Assembly (NCBI GenBank): GCA_045631885.1
Contig: JAZQVN010000039.1
Span: 12,608 to 76,607 of the forward strand
Length of the DNA stretch: 64,000 nucleotides
Reading direction: 5' to 3'
From: Bacilli bacterium
GTDB taxonomy: Bacteria > Bacillota_I > Bacilli_A > RFN20 > CAG-826
In this document: one piece after another, positions 36,701 through 46,663 of the stretch
Layout of the letters: every line of letters begins with the position of its first letter
How positions within the stretch are numbered: the first letter of the stretch is position 1
The notes under the pieces: generated by a model
Told to the model about the DNA's origin: nothing
Databases searched by the model: none
Seen by the model: the letters and a program-made list of their open reading frames with translations, nothing else
Program-made: the position numbers and the translations under genes

Positions 36701-39700
36701 ATGAAGAAACGTTTCTGGACTTATTTGAAATGCATTTTAGCAGGAATATTATTTATCCCTGGCCTTTTAATGATGATTAAAGACATACCTGTTATCGCTA
36801 CAAGAGCGGATGGTGTTAGTGTCTATTTTGAAAAAACTAGATATGAAGCGGATAACGCTAACTTAGTCTATGCAAAATTAATCGCTGAAGGTGATCAAGG
36901 TGATGAAGTAACAGTTTCATATAAAACTAGTAGTGGAACTGGTATTGAAAATATCGATTACGCTGGTGCTTCTAACACGATTACATTAAAAATTCCTGCA
37001 AGTAGAAAAGCGGAATACACCGTTTCAATTAAATGTTTAAACGATGCAAATAATAGAGAGAAATTAAGAATTTATGAAGTCAACTCTTTATATGGTCGTT
37101 ATTTCAATTTAAAAATCACAAGCGTCTCCGCGGGAGCCTCTATTGGAACTAATTCAAGTTGTAAATGTTATTTACCATATAACTATAAAGTTGAAGGTAT
37201 GTCTAGCACCAATTCCACGACAGGTAGAATAACCGCTTATCTTAAAGATGAATATAAAATGCAATCTCTTTTTAACAGCGGTATCGATGACTTAGACGGT
37301 AAATCAACATGGAAAACTTGGAAAAAAGGTATGTCTTTCAACAATGAAACATCTCAACGTTGGATTAATGCTTTTATTAACCAAAACATCGCCGATGCTT
37401 ATGCATCTTTCCTCGTCAAAAGCATTGATGACAGTACATGGCAATCTAGCACAGACATCCATGTTCTCGCTGGTAATAAACAATTCACTGAGAATTATGA
37501 AAGATCAAAAGATTGCCCTGGCTTATATTTATATTTCACTGTTGACCCAGATAAAAAAGGTGGATATCGCTGCGACTATAACGCGATGAAATATATTTCT
37601 AATGATAAAAACCCAACCAAAGAAGAAGATAGATTAGTTAACGTCAGCAACCGTTATAAAATCGGAGAACATAAAAATATATGTTGGATTACAGATAAAG
37701 ATACATGGTACGCGTCTAATAACTCGGTTGTCGAAAGTGCTTTCTACAAAATCAAACCATATAATGGAATTTTAGATCAAGGTATCGCTTTCTATAACGG
37801 TAACAAAGAGTATGATAGAGAAATCGATGACGTTTGGATGTTCTTATATCTTTACGATAGTACCGCACCAAAAATCGTCAATAAATACGCTGAATTTGAT
37901 GATGAAACTCAACAAATGCGTTTCTATGTTCGTTTTAACGAACCAGTTTATTCCGCTAAAACAGGCTCTGCAAAAATCAAAATCAACGATTTGGTCACTG
38001 ATTACTGGGCTACATATACTGAAGGTAATTTTTCTGACACATTAGTTTATTCACTTCCATTAGATACATTCGCTGCAAGAATTGATAAAGTCGGTATTCA
38101 ATTACCAACAGATCAAGATATTGGTGATATGGCATATCACCTTAGTAGTGATCGTAGGGTTAGTTGCAATTACTATTCTAAAACTACATCAGATCCAGAC
38201 TTTGATCCTTTGAGCATTACTTCCGGTTATGTTGATTTAAGCCGTCCAAATTTAGCAGCTGATATTTCTGATTCTGGTGGTAAACCAAGAAATCTTTATA
38301 ACATCGTCTTATCCGCGAATAATGGAACAACTTTTACCGAAGGTGTAGTCCATTACACATGGAGTAAACAAGAAGACATCGGTGATGAAAATGATGTACA
38401 GTTATATAACCATCACCACACTTTAAGAGATGAAGAAATGGGTTCATTTACTGTCACCCTTGCTAAAGACGCGAGTGAAGGAATTGATGGTGGTGATTAT
38501 TATCTCCACGCTTTAGCGGTATCTAATCACGGCTTTTCTCGACCCGCTCGATTTGGTCCATATCGATTAGATGGAGACGCTCCTGTTATTGAAAAACTCA
38601 CTCCAGAAGTGTCCGAACCAAATGGTTTAAAAACTAAAACATATAAAATAAAAGTTAATAATAAAGAATTAGGAACTGATATGAAGAACATTTCATTACA
38701 GTTCAAATATTCCGATCCTTTAGGTGCGAAGAAAACTGCGACTTTAGATCTCATGAAAGACGGGGTTAGAAGGGCGGGTGTGGACGCTGATGAAAGCGAT
38801 CCAACCGCAGTCGTTTATAAATATATTTCTAATATTGATAGTACTCCTGCGGTAGTAGATCTTTATGGTCTAGACACAGAATTCATTCCTGGATTAATGG
38901 ATGGCCGTTCTAGAATGAGTGCAGAAGTAACGTATATCGTCGAAGATGAAGCGGGCAACAAAGCTTCAACTGAACCGACATATCTCGTTTATGATATTAG
39001 AGAATTATTTGAAGTCGATGTCGATACGCCAGATAATTATGACCCAGTCGTCGATGCACGTTTTTCTGATGTTGAAGATGATGTTTATAACATCACATCT
39101 CCATCCGATACAAAAGGTTTAACATTTACAGTTACAGAAGATGATATCAAAGATTCAATTGCGGATGGTGCGAAATTGTCAGTTGTTCTTAATGATAAAA
39201 CAGTCATCGAAGCACCAGATCTTGCTTACTCTGTGACTTTAGCGGGGTTAGAACCAGGTCATTATGATGCAGTCTGCCGAGTCAGTGGACACACTTCTGG
39301 TGGAGATGTCGATATGGTTTCTAAAACCTATAGCTTCTATCTCACAGATAATTTCACCGACTCAACAGTTAATAAAGAAAACACCGAAGGCAACTTAGTT
39401 TTAACTAACCACGTTTTTACCCTTTCTAGCTCGAAATATTATTATTACAACGCGAGCAAAACCATGGTTAGTAACCATTTATATGGTGCGACACTCAATC
39501 CTTCCACTGATAGATATGATGGCGGTTCTGCCAATCCGACATTCTCCAGTAGTGTTGAAGCGAAGAAATATGTCAGATTCATGGAATATCAAGACCTCTA
39601 TCTATTAAGAGTTACCGAAACAATCGCTAGCTTCTTAAATGGTGGTAGTGGTTCCACGATTTATGTGAAAGCAAACGGTGAAACAAAAACCGCTCAAGAG

Positions 39701-42700
39701 GGCCAATTATGGGTCAGATATAAGAGAAATACTTGGACCACAACTTCAGAAGCGAGTGGCTGGGCTTTCTATTATTACAGTAATGGCAACCTTGAAGATG
39801 GTATTAATATCAATGCCTTATCTCCAAATTTAAATAGCGCGATGGATGCGGTTGTTAACCGTATTGTTAGCGCGGGTGAAGATACATATTTAGTAAGAGA
39901 AGAAGATCTCAATTCTAAAACAGGCGCCCCACATCTTAACGAAGCACAAATGCACGTTTATGAAGAAACTGCAAGTGTCAGTAAATCAGGAACTAATTAT
40001 GTGACCAATCCTACTTATGCAGGCGATCCAAAATTATATGTCAACAATGTTGAAGTTGATGACGTTGAATATCCACTCGCCACAAATATGCCAATCACAT
40101 TTGATCCATCATCAGTCGTTTATTATCAATATGCCGAAGGTGATTGGAATAGATTGAGATTTGAAGACGGACAGACATTTAGAAACGTTTTAACTTCTCC
40201 TGGCATCTATCACATTCGTGAATTTGGTGAAGGTGGCGTTTCTGATTATTCATTCTATCTAGATCCAAAATTACCATTAATTAACGCGACCATGAATAAA
40301 GGTATCGCTGGTTCTGAACAAGATATCGTCATCAACCAAAATGTCGATGACAACACTGATAGAAATATTACTTGTAAAAACATCGTCTTTAATTCGATGG
40401 AAGATATCGACCCATATGCTTATGTCGCTATCTATTCATATCCAAATAATGTTTTACAAAAAGTTTTATATAAAGAAGATATCGCTAATTACATGATTTC
40501 CGATGGCAATTATTATGTGCAAATCGGTGATAGATCAGGTAATGTCATTACTTACGTTGTACAAACTTCAAGTTCCGATCTCACTTTATCAGTGGAAGAA
40601 AACGAATCAAAAACCGCTGTATTTGTAAATACAAATAGAGATGAATCAGAAATCTATTCGTTTGAAGTTTATTTAAACGAAGTATTGATTGATAACGAAT
40701 ATGCGAGTAGAAAAGTCTATCGTGAATCTGGCTGCTACCGCGTTGAAGTAACTGATATTTACGGTAATAGCGTTTACGAAACACTCGTTCACTCTTCTCC
40801 ATCTCCAGATATCACTTGGTATTATCTCAATGATAATGGTGGTTATTCTATTTACGATGAAAATAAACCAGTGAAGATGATCTTAAAAGATGATCCTTCT
40901 GGTGCGAGAACGACAAACGTTTATACATCCACTCATGTCAGATTGTTATTTACAAATAATAGTTATAACGATAGCCCAGTTAGATTTGAATTAACTGGTA
41001 TTGATTCAAGTGAGTATTACTATAACGAAACAACAGGTTTACTCTCAATCAACTCCTTGTCTAGCTGGTCATTAAGAGTGTGGTTTGAAGACGCTCCAGA
41101 TAACGATCATTATTACGTCTGTCAAATCGATAACACCCCACCAGATATCTCCACTTCATTTGTTGGTACAGCATTCTATCAATATTACGAAATGGATGGA
41201 GATAAAGTCATCGAAACTTCATCATTTGACGTGATGGATTTCAGCAAATATCAAGTCGGTGATGTTTTGACAGTCGACACGTTAAGATATGTGACAAATA
41301 ACTCCACAACATTAACTTTTGATAACGGTAGTGTTATCTGTGGTAGTCATATCGTTATCACAATTAGCGACCCATCAGGAGTTTCATCAAATTATTCAGT
41401 GATGAAAAACGGTCAACAAATTCAAGTGGCGATGGATAAGAATCAATTATTATTAATGGATTATGGTTCATATGTCATTACTGTTTCTGATGCTTTAGGT
41501 AATACCACTGTATTTACATTTATCAATGTCAAAGATAGCACTTCAATCGGAACGATTGATGGAAATATCATCGAAGAAGATACATTGATTTATGGTCATG
41601 ATGATTTAACTATTACCTCTTTATATAGTGGTGCGGAAACTATCTTAGTCAAAGCCGAAAATCAAACCTATACTTATGAATTTAATTTCGATGGCACAAC
41701 TCTCACATATGGCCAATACTTCTATAGACAAGATAAATATGAGGATGAAGAAAGCGTCATCCACAATATCGATTATGCAGCTTATCAAGTAGCGACTGGC
41801 TTTGCTTTAAATATCAATGAAGTAAAAAGAGATAATTGGTATCCAGTTATTACCCATTCTAAATTCATCATTTATGCGATGATTAATGAAAATGGTTTAG
41901 CTTGTTACCGCGTTACTCCAACCGGAGATGACCCAGTTTATACCGAAACATATCTCTATGTTGGTAATAACAAAGTCCCTTCTAGATTTATCGCTGAATT
42001 ATCAAAAGATTCTCCAGATATCACTTTAGTATCAGGAGAAAAAGAAGTCATTCAAACTCCTGGATTGAATTACATTTATATCGCTGATGATTTAACCATT
42101 AAAGCGGCTTCAATCGATTCTTCAATTACCAAAATTGAATACGCATATAATCAAAAATCCGCGGACTTCGATGATTTCAAAGTCATTTATGATGGTGAAT
42201 TATCCGAATTTAAAGGTACAGAAAACGGTTTCTATCAAATCGTTGTCACCAATAAATACAACAACAAAACGACTTATACACTTTATAAGATTACCGCGTA
42301 TGGTTCTGTTGTGAATTGCTATTTCTTAGATGGAAATCAAGTGACATTCTATCAAAACGAAGGAACAATTCGCGCGAATCAATCCATTGAATTAATGGTT
42401 TATAGCGAAAATGTCACCTTCATCGTTAATGGCGACACTACGACAGGTGTTGTTGAAGACGGTATGACTTTCTTAGAAATCACTAGAGAAGGTACATATC
42501 ACGTTGAAGTTATCGGTGCGAATGGCATCCGTGAAGATTTCAACTTTGAAATCAAACAAGATGAATCCTTCTTATATGATGAAGAATGGATTACAGGTTA
42601 TAACACCGAAGCTTTACTCGCTGATCAATCATATACAAACACTTTGTGTTCCGTTGAATTAGATGACGATGTAGTCTTTATCGATATGCTCGTTAACGAT

Positions 42701-44173
42701 GAAATCTATGTGAAGCTATATGATGATGTCACAGAAGATAAATTAAACGACCCAGAATTATTAAAAGAAATTATCGGTAGCTATGGCGTTGGTAAATACG
42801 AAATCAGCTTTAGAAATCAATATGGTGATTTAGTGAAGAAGACAGTTCATTTCAACGATGTTCCTTCTCTCACATTACAAAGAATCACGACAACAAACTC
42901 CGGAACAGTTGAAGATTACGATTTAGAGTTTGCCATTGAAAAAGATTTCTATTCTAACTACATCATGATTTTCTCCACGGATAGCACTCATTACATCTTC
43001 AAAATTAATGGTGATGAATATCGTTTAGATGAACCAAAACAAATTGGTTTTACCAATATCAGCGGAACTGGTTCATTGCCTCCATATGAAATTGAATATC
43101 TCGATGAATATGGTAATCACATTTATTTCACTGCAATTCTCTATAGAGAAGAAGTCGAAATTGATACCACAGCGATGAACACAATTCTCGTCGGAGACAC
43201 ACTATACACAAAAGATGATGTGAAGATCACCTTTGGTGAAGGCTTAAAAGCCACATATAGTGTCGATGGTGGACAAGAAAAAGAATACTTCTCAGGCGAT
43301 ACATATTACGCGGATGGAACTTATACTTTCACCGTGAGAGACATCGCGGGAAATAGAACTTTCTACACAGTCGTTCATAAGAGCGTTAACCATTACACAA
43401 TTAATAACACTTCCACAGGTGAAGAAGTCATGATGGGTGGAGTGGTTAATGATGGCAGTGTTTCATTTCACCCAACCGATGGTTCTAGTATCATCCTCGC
43501 TTTCAGAAACGGTGAATTACTTGGCGAAATCAACAGTAATACATTCTCCGTAACTGGCCATTACGAAATCTTAATTGAAGACGTCATTGGCAATAGATCT
43601 TATGAAGAATTCTACATTATCAATAACGAATTATGTAAATTCGATTACTCCGCACCTTATGGATATACAGTGACTGAAGTGTGGCGTATCAAACCAGATG
43701 GCGCAAGAGAGCTCACAAATATCAAAGGTGATTCCATCTCATTATCTGAAGATGGCAATTACGTTGTTGTTGTTACCGGAAAAGAAACAACAACAACATA
43801 CAATTTCACAATTGGAATTAGTAACGTCAAGCCAACAGCGACCTTAGTCGGAGTTGAAGATAATGGCGTCACCGCGAAAGACGTCACATTCACCGGCTTA
43901 AGATCTGGCGATGTCGTGAAAATCTATAGAGATGGTGTCTTAATTAGCACAACCACCATCACATTATCATCTGACTATCCAACAATTGATGTCGGTGGTA
44001 AATATCGTGTAGTTATTACAAACGTCCAAGGTGTGGAAGTTGAGTATAACTTCACAAGAAAAGTCGTAACTAATACCGCAGGTAGCGTGTTTATCATGAT
44101 TGCTTGTGGTTTAGCGATAACTGGTATTGGTATTGGTCTTTTATACCATACTAAGTTAAAAACTGATGATTAA
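36701..44173 (+). CDS. Giant (2490-aa) surface protein with an N-terminal signal/TM and a C-terminal TM anchor; many beta-rich repeat modules.
   Basis: The N-terminus is MKKRFWTYLKCILAGILFIPGLLMMI. The C-terminus is FIMIACGLAITGIGIGLLYH-TKLKTDD. The protein is Thr/Ser/Tyr/Asn-rich with repetitive beta-strand-like modules. No catalytic motif was recognised. Confidence 0.6.
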   Translation: MKKRFWTYLKCILAGILFIPGLLMMIKDIPVIATRADGVSVYFEKTRYEADNANLVYAKLIAEGDQGDEVTVSYKTSSGTGIENIDYAGASNTITLKIPASRKAEYTVSIKCLNDANNREKLRIYEVNSLYGRYFNLKITSVSAGASIGTNSSCKCYLPYNYKVEGMSSTNSTTGRITAYLKDEYKMQSLFNSGIDDLDGKSTWKTWKKGMSFNNETSQRWINAFINQNIADAYASFLVKSIDDSTWQSSTDIHVLAGNKQFTENYERSKDCPGLYLYFTVDPDKKGGYRCDYNAMKYISNDKNPTKEEDRLVNVSNRYKIGEHKNICWITDKDTWYASNNSVVESAFYKIKPYNGILDQGIAFYNGNKEYDREIDDVWMFLYLYDSTAPKIVNKYAEFDDETQQMRFYVRFNEPVYSAKTGSAKIKINDLVTDYWATYTEGNFSDTLVYSLPLDTFAARIDKVGIQLPTDQDIGDMAYHLSSDRRVSCNYYSKTTSDPDFDPLSITSGYVDLSRPNLAADISDSGGKPRNLYNIVLSANNGTTFTEGVVHYTWSKQEDIGDENDVQLYNHHHTLRDEEMGSFTVTLAKDASEGIDGGDYYLHALAVSNHGFSRPARFGPYRLDGDAPVIEKLTPEVSEPNGLKTKTYKIKVNNKELGTDMKNISLQFKYSDPLGAKKTATLDLMKDGVRRAGVDADESDPTAVVYKYISNIDSTPAVVDLYGLDTEFIPGLMDGRSRMSAEVTYIVEDEAGNKASTEPTYLVYDIRELFEVDVDTPDNYDPVVDARFSDVEDDVYNITSPSDTKGLTFTVTEDDIKDSIADGAKLSVVLNDKTVIEAPDLAYSVTLAGLEPGHYDAVCRVSGHTSGGDVDMVSKTYSFYLTDNFTDSTVNKENTEGNLVLTNHVFTLSSSKYYYYNASKTMVSNHLYGATLNPSTDRYDGGSANPTFSSSVEAKKYVRFMEYQDLYLLRVTETIASFLNGGSGSTIYVKANGETKTAQEGQLWVRYKRNTWTTTSEASGWAFYYYSNGNLEDGININALSPNLNSAMDAVVNRIVSAGEDTYLVREEDLNSKTGAPHLNEAQMHVYEETASVSKSGTNYVTNPTYAGDPKLYVNNVEVDDVEYPLATNMPITFDPSSVVYYQYAEGDWNRLRFEDGQTFRNVLTSPGIYHIREFGEGGVSDYSFYLDPKLPLINATMNKGIAGSEQDIVINQNVDDNTDRNITCKNIVFNSMEDIDPYAYVAIYSYPNNVLQKVLYKEDIANYMISDGNYYVQIGDRSGNVITYVVQTSSSDLTLSVEENESKTAVFVNTNRDESEIYSFEVYLNEVLIDNEYASRKVYRESGCYRVEVTDIYGNSVYETLVHSSPSPDITWYYLNDNGGYSIYDENKPVKMILKDDPSGARTTNVYTSTHVRLLFTNNSYNDSPVRFELTGIDSSEYYYNETTGLLSINSLSSWSLRVWFEDAPDNDHYYVCQIDNTPPDISTSFVGTAFYQYYEMDGDKVIETSSFDVMDFSKYQVGDVLTVDTLRYVTNNSTTLTFDNGSVICGSHIVITISDPSGVSSNYSVMKNGQQIQVAMDKNQLLLMDYGSYVITVSDALGNTTVFTFINVKDSTSIGTIDGNIIEEDTLIYGHDDLTITSLYSGAETILVKAENQTYTYEFNFDGTTLTYGQYFYRQDKYEDEESVIHNIDYAAYQVATGFALNINEVKRDNWYPVITHSKFIIYAMINENGLACYRVTPTGDDPVYTETYLYVGNNKVPSRFIAELSKDSPDITLVSGEKEVIQTPGLNYIYIADDLTIKAASIDSSITKIEYAYNQKSADFDDFKVIYDGELSEFKGTENGFYQIVVTNKYNNKTTYTLYKITAYGSVVNCYFLDGNQVTFYQNEGTIRANQSIELMVYSENVTFIVNGDTTTGVVEDGMTFLEITREGTYHVEVIGANGIREDFNFEIKQDESFLYDEEWITGYNTEALLADQSYTNTLCSVELDDDVVFIDMLVNDEIYVKLYDDVTEDKLNDPELLKEIIGSYGVGKYEISFRNQYGDLVKKTVHFNDVPSLTLQRITTTNSGTVEDYDLEFAIEKDFYSNYIMIFSTDSTHYIFKINGDEYRLDEPKQIGFTNISGTGSLPPYEIEYLDEYGNHIYFTAILYREEVEIDTTAMNTILVGDTLYTKDDVKITFGEGLKATYSVDGGQEKEYFSGDTYYADGTYTFTVRDIAGNRTFYTVVHKSVNHYTINNTSTGEEVMMGGVVNDGSVSFHPTDGSSIILAFRNGELLGEINSNTFSVTGHYEILIEDVIGNRSYEEFYIINNELCKFDYSAPYGYTVTEVWRIKPDGARELTNIKGDSISLSEDGNYVVVVTGKETTTTYNFTIGISNVKPTATLVGVEDNGVTAKDVTFTGLRSGDVVKIYRDGVLISTTTITLSSDYPTIDVGGKYRVVITNVQGVEVEYNFTRKVVTNTAGSVFIMIACGLAITGIGIGLLYHTKLKTDD

Positions 44174-44214
44174 TCATCAATCGTAAAAGACAAGTAGTAA
44201 AAGGAGGCAAGATT

Positions 44215-44523
44215 ATGCAAAACATTATCTTAGCAATGTCTGAAAAGGATCTTAACGATATCGTTAAACCTCTTCTTGAAGTATTGAAGGTTTTAGTTCC
44301 AGTACTTCTCACACTCGTCGGAGCTTTAGGCGCCGTATGGGTTATTTTCCTTGGCATTAAATACGCCAAAGCGGAAGAACCACAAGAACACGAAAAGGCA
44401 AGAAACGCTTTAAAGAATGCGATTATTGGCTTCGTCCTTATCTTCGTTCTTTTAGTCGCTTTACAAGCCGGTGTTACCATCTTCTCAAGCTGGTATAAGA
44501 ACTACGATTTCCCAGTGGCATAG
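44215..44523 (+). CDS. Small two-TM membrane protein (pilin/VirB2/TrbC-like candidate).
   Basis: It has an AGGAGG RBS and is 102 aa long. It has two hydrophobic helices separated by a charged loop, a size and topology typical of T4SS pilin-like subunits. Confidence 0.45.
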   Translation: MQNIILAMSEKDLNDIVKPLLEVLKVLVPVLLTLVGALGAVWVIFLGIKYAKAEEPQEHEKARNALKNAIIGFVLIFVLLVALQAGVTIFSSWYKNYDFPVA

Positions 44524-44542
44524 TTTTTGATTCAGTAATTTT

Positions 44543-45232
44543 ATGGCGGGTAAACATCATCTTTTCAAGTTACCTTTACTTCTCTTTTCCATGTCGCTTA
44601 CCGCGTGTGGAATGGATTTAGGAACGTTTTCTGAATCGGATGATCTAAGTGTTTACTACGATGCCTTTGGCGATTTAGAGGGATTATATGATGGTGGTGA
44701 TGAGTCTTATGATTTTGAAGATTCATTATTCAATGAATACACATTAGAAAAGTTCGAATGGGAAGATAGCGGTGACGCTGTCGAAAGTCAAGAATACCTC
44801 TATTTAATCATTCCGTTTAAAGAAGATTTGACTATTGAAACCTTAGCGTTCTTCATCTATACAGACGTCAATGTGGCCATTGAACTAAATTTCTTCTATT
44901 ACGCCCCAGATGCATCTCGCCCTTCAAAAATCAGATACTTAACTTCTCCAACCGAGGAGTATAACGATGATACTGAACAATATGAGCCAATCGAATACGA
45001 TGACCCAGATGTTTCTACATCAATATGTACGATTAAAGGAAATATCGTCAAAGAAGAATGGAATAGTTTTGCTTGCGAAGGATTTAATCAACCTGATTAT
45101 GATGATGGCTGTCTACACGCACAAGATGATGGATATCTCTATATCAGAATGGAGAATAATTCCGGTTTTAATACCGAAACAATGACACATTTCTCATTTA
45201 AGTTTATTAATTTTATAATCCGCGCAATCTAG
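44543..45232 (+). CDS. Acidic lipoprotein, hypothetical (T4SS-cluster associated).
   Basis: The lipobox is MSLTAC-GMD. The protein is very D/E/Y-rich. Confidence 0.5.
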   Translation: MAGKHHLFKLPLLLFSMSLTACGMDLGTFSESDDLSVYYDAFGDLEGLYDGGDESYDFEDSLFNEYTLEKFEWEDSGDAVESQEYLYLIIPFKEDLTIETLAFFIYTDVNVAIELNFFYYAPDASRPSKIRYLTSPTEEYNDDTEQYEPIEYDDPDVSTSICTIKGNIVKEEWNSFACEGFNQPDYDDGCLHAQDDGYLYIRMENNSGFNTETMTHFSFKFINFIIRAI

Positions 45233-45244
45233 AAAGGAGATTAT

Positions 45245-46663
45245 ATGTCGAGTTTATTTAGTTGGGTTTGGGACCTATTATATGGAATCAGCAAATCAAT
45301 GTACGCGATTATTGATAATCTTTTGAAGTGCGCGAATATGTTATGTGGCATTGTGCCAATCACTTACGAAGGAGCGGATACGGATTTCTTATCTTTCCTA
45401 TTAAGGAATAAGAATATCGCTTTCGCCTTTGCGGGTTCAGTTCTCATTTCTATCGTTTTAGTCTTACTATTTTCGGTCATCATGATTATGAGAACTATCG
45501 CAAGCGAGAAAGTGGAAAAAACTCCAACGCAAATCGCTGTGCAAGTCGCAAAAACTCTTCTCACATTCTTATTTATCCCCGCTGCGATGGTCGTCTTAAT
45601 TTCATTCACTAACGCACTAATGCAAATTCTCTATCAAGCCACATCGGCTAATTCACCAGATGGTATTGGTAGATTCTTAGCTGGTGCCTTTGGTCAAAAC
45701 GCTTTAAAGAGTGGCGTTGATCCAGACTTCTATCTCGATGAGAATTTTAAATACTGGAGCACATCAAATGTCAAAGGCTATTTAGATTTATCTGATTACG
45801 ATTATTTCTTCAGCTGGTTAGCTAGCATTGTCATCTTAATCGCTATCGGTATCACATTACTCATGTTCGTTGACCGTGCGTTTGCAATCGTTATTCTCTT
45901 TATCTTTGCTCCTATTTCATTATCAACATCTATCGTTGATGATGGGGCAAGGTTCAAATTATGGAGAGAGCAATTCCTAGTTAAATTCTTAACAGGATAT
46001 GGCTGTATTATCGGTATTAACATCTATGCTTTAGTTGTCGCTGCAGTAACCGCAGATGGATTAGTCTTCTTCCCAGATAGCGTTATTTTAAATAACTTAA
46101 TGAAGATTTTAATCATCGGTGGTGGTGGCGTATCACTACAAAAATTAATGGCCTTAGTTGGTAACTTAATCGCTCAAGGAGCGGGTAGTAATGAAATGAG
46201 AGATAGCGCGATGGCGGCAGGAACCTTTTCTCGAGCTGCGATGGGCGCTGCGATGATGCCATTTAAAGCTGCAAAAGGCTTATTCAGTGCGACAAGAAGT
46301 GCGATTAACTTCGGTAATGACGTCTCTCACCATGGTGCAGGTACCGCAATCGGTCGTCGACTCGGTTTTAAAACTGAAAGAGATTACGCGATTGAAGAAG
46401 GTAGATTTAAACGCGGTGGCGGAGCAGGCGCAGGAAACCATATGGCTGGTGTCGCTAACAGTATGTTAGGTGCTGGTAATAAAAACGCTGCTAACGCAAT
46501 TAATAACAATAATGGCGGAAATAATGGCGGCGGTAATAACAATAATGGCGGCGGCGGTAATAACAATAAAGGTGGAAGTGGTAATAACCATCCAAATCCA
46601 GGCAGTAATATGATTAGTAACGCTGTCAATAGTGCTTTAAATAAGGGAGGAGATAAGAAATGA
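45245..46663 (+). CDS. Polytopic membrane protein, VirB6/TrbL-like candidate, with a C-terminal Gly/Asn-rich low-complexity tail.
   Basis: It has an AGGAGA RBS and about 6-7 TM helices. The tail is NNNNGGNNGGGNNNNGGGGNNNKGGSGNN. Confidence 0.5.
   Translation: MSSLFSWVWDLLYGISKSMYAIIDNLLKCANMLCGIVPITYEGADTDFLSFLLRNKNIAFAFAGSVLISIVLVLLFSVIMIMRTIASEKVEKTPTQIAVQVAKTLLTFLFIPAAMVVLISFTNALMQILYQATSANSPDGIGRFLAGAFGQNALKSGVDPDFYLDENFKYWSTSNVKGYLDLSDYDYFFSWLASIVILIAIGITLLMFVDRAFAIVILFIFAPISLSTSIVDDGARFKLWREQFLVKFLTGYGCIIGINIYALVVAAVTADGLVFFPDSVILNNLMKILIIGGGGVSLQKLMALVGNLIAQGAGSNEMRDSAMAAGTFSRAAMGAAMMPFKAAKGLFSATRSAINFGNDVSHHGAGTAIGRRLGFKTERDYAIEEGRFKRGGGAGAGNHMAGVANSMLGAGNKNAANAINNNNGGNNGGGNNNNGGGGNNNKGGSGNNHPNPGSNMISNAVNSALNKGGDKK
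46486..46600 (+). repeat. Simple-sequence tandem repeat (aataacaataatggcggcgg-like units) encoding the N/G tail.
   Basis: The units aataacaataatggcggaaataatggcggcggtaataacaataatggcggcggcggtaataacaataaaggtgg are seen directly. The length is potentially variable by slippage. Confidence 0.55.
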
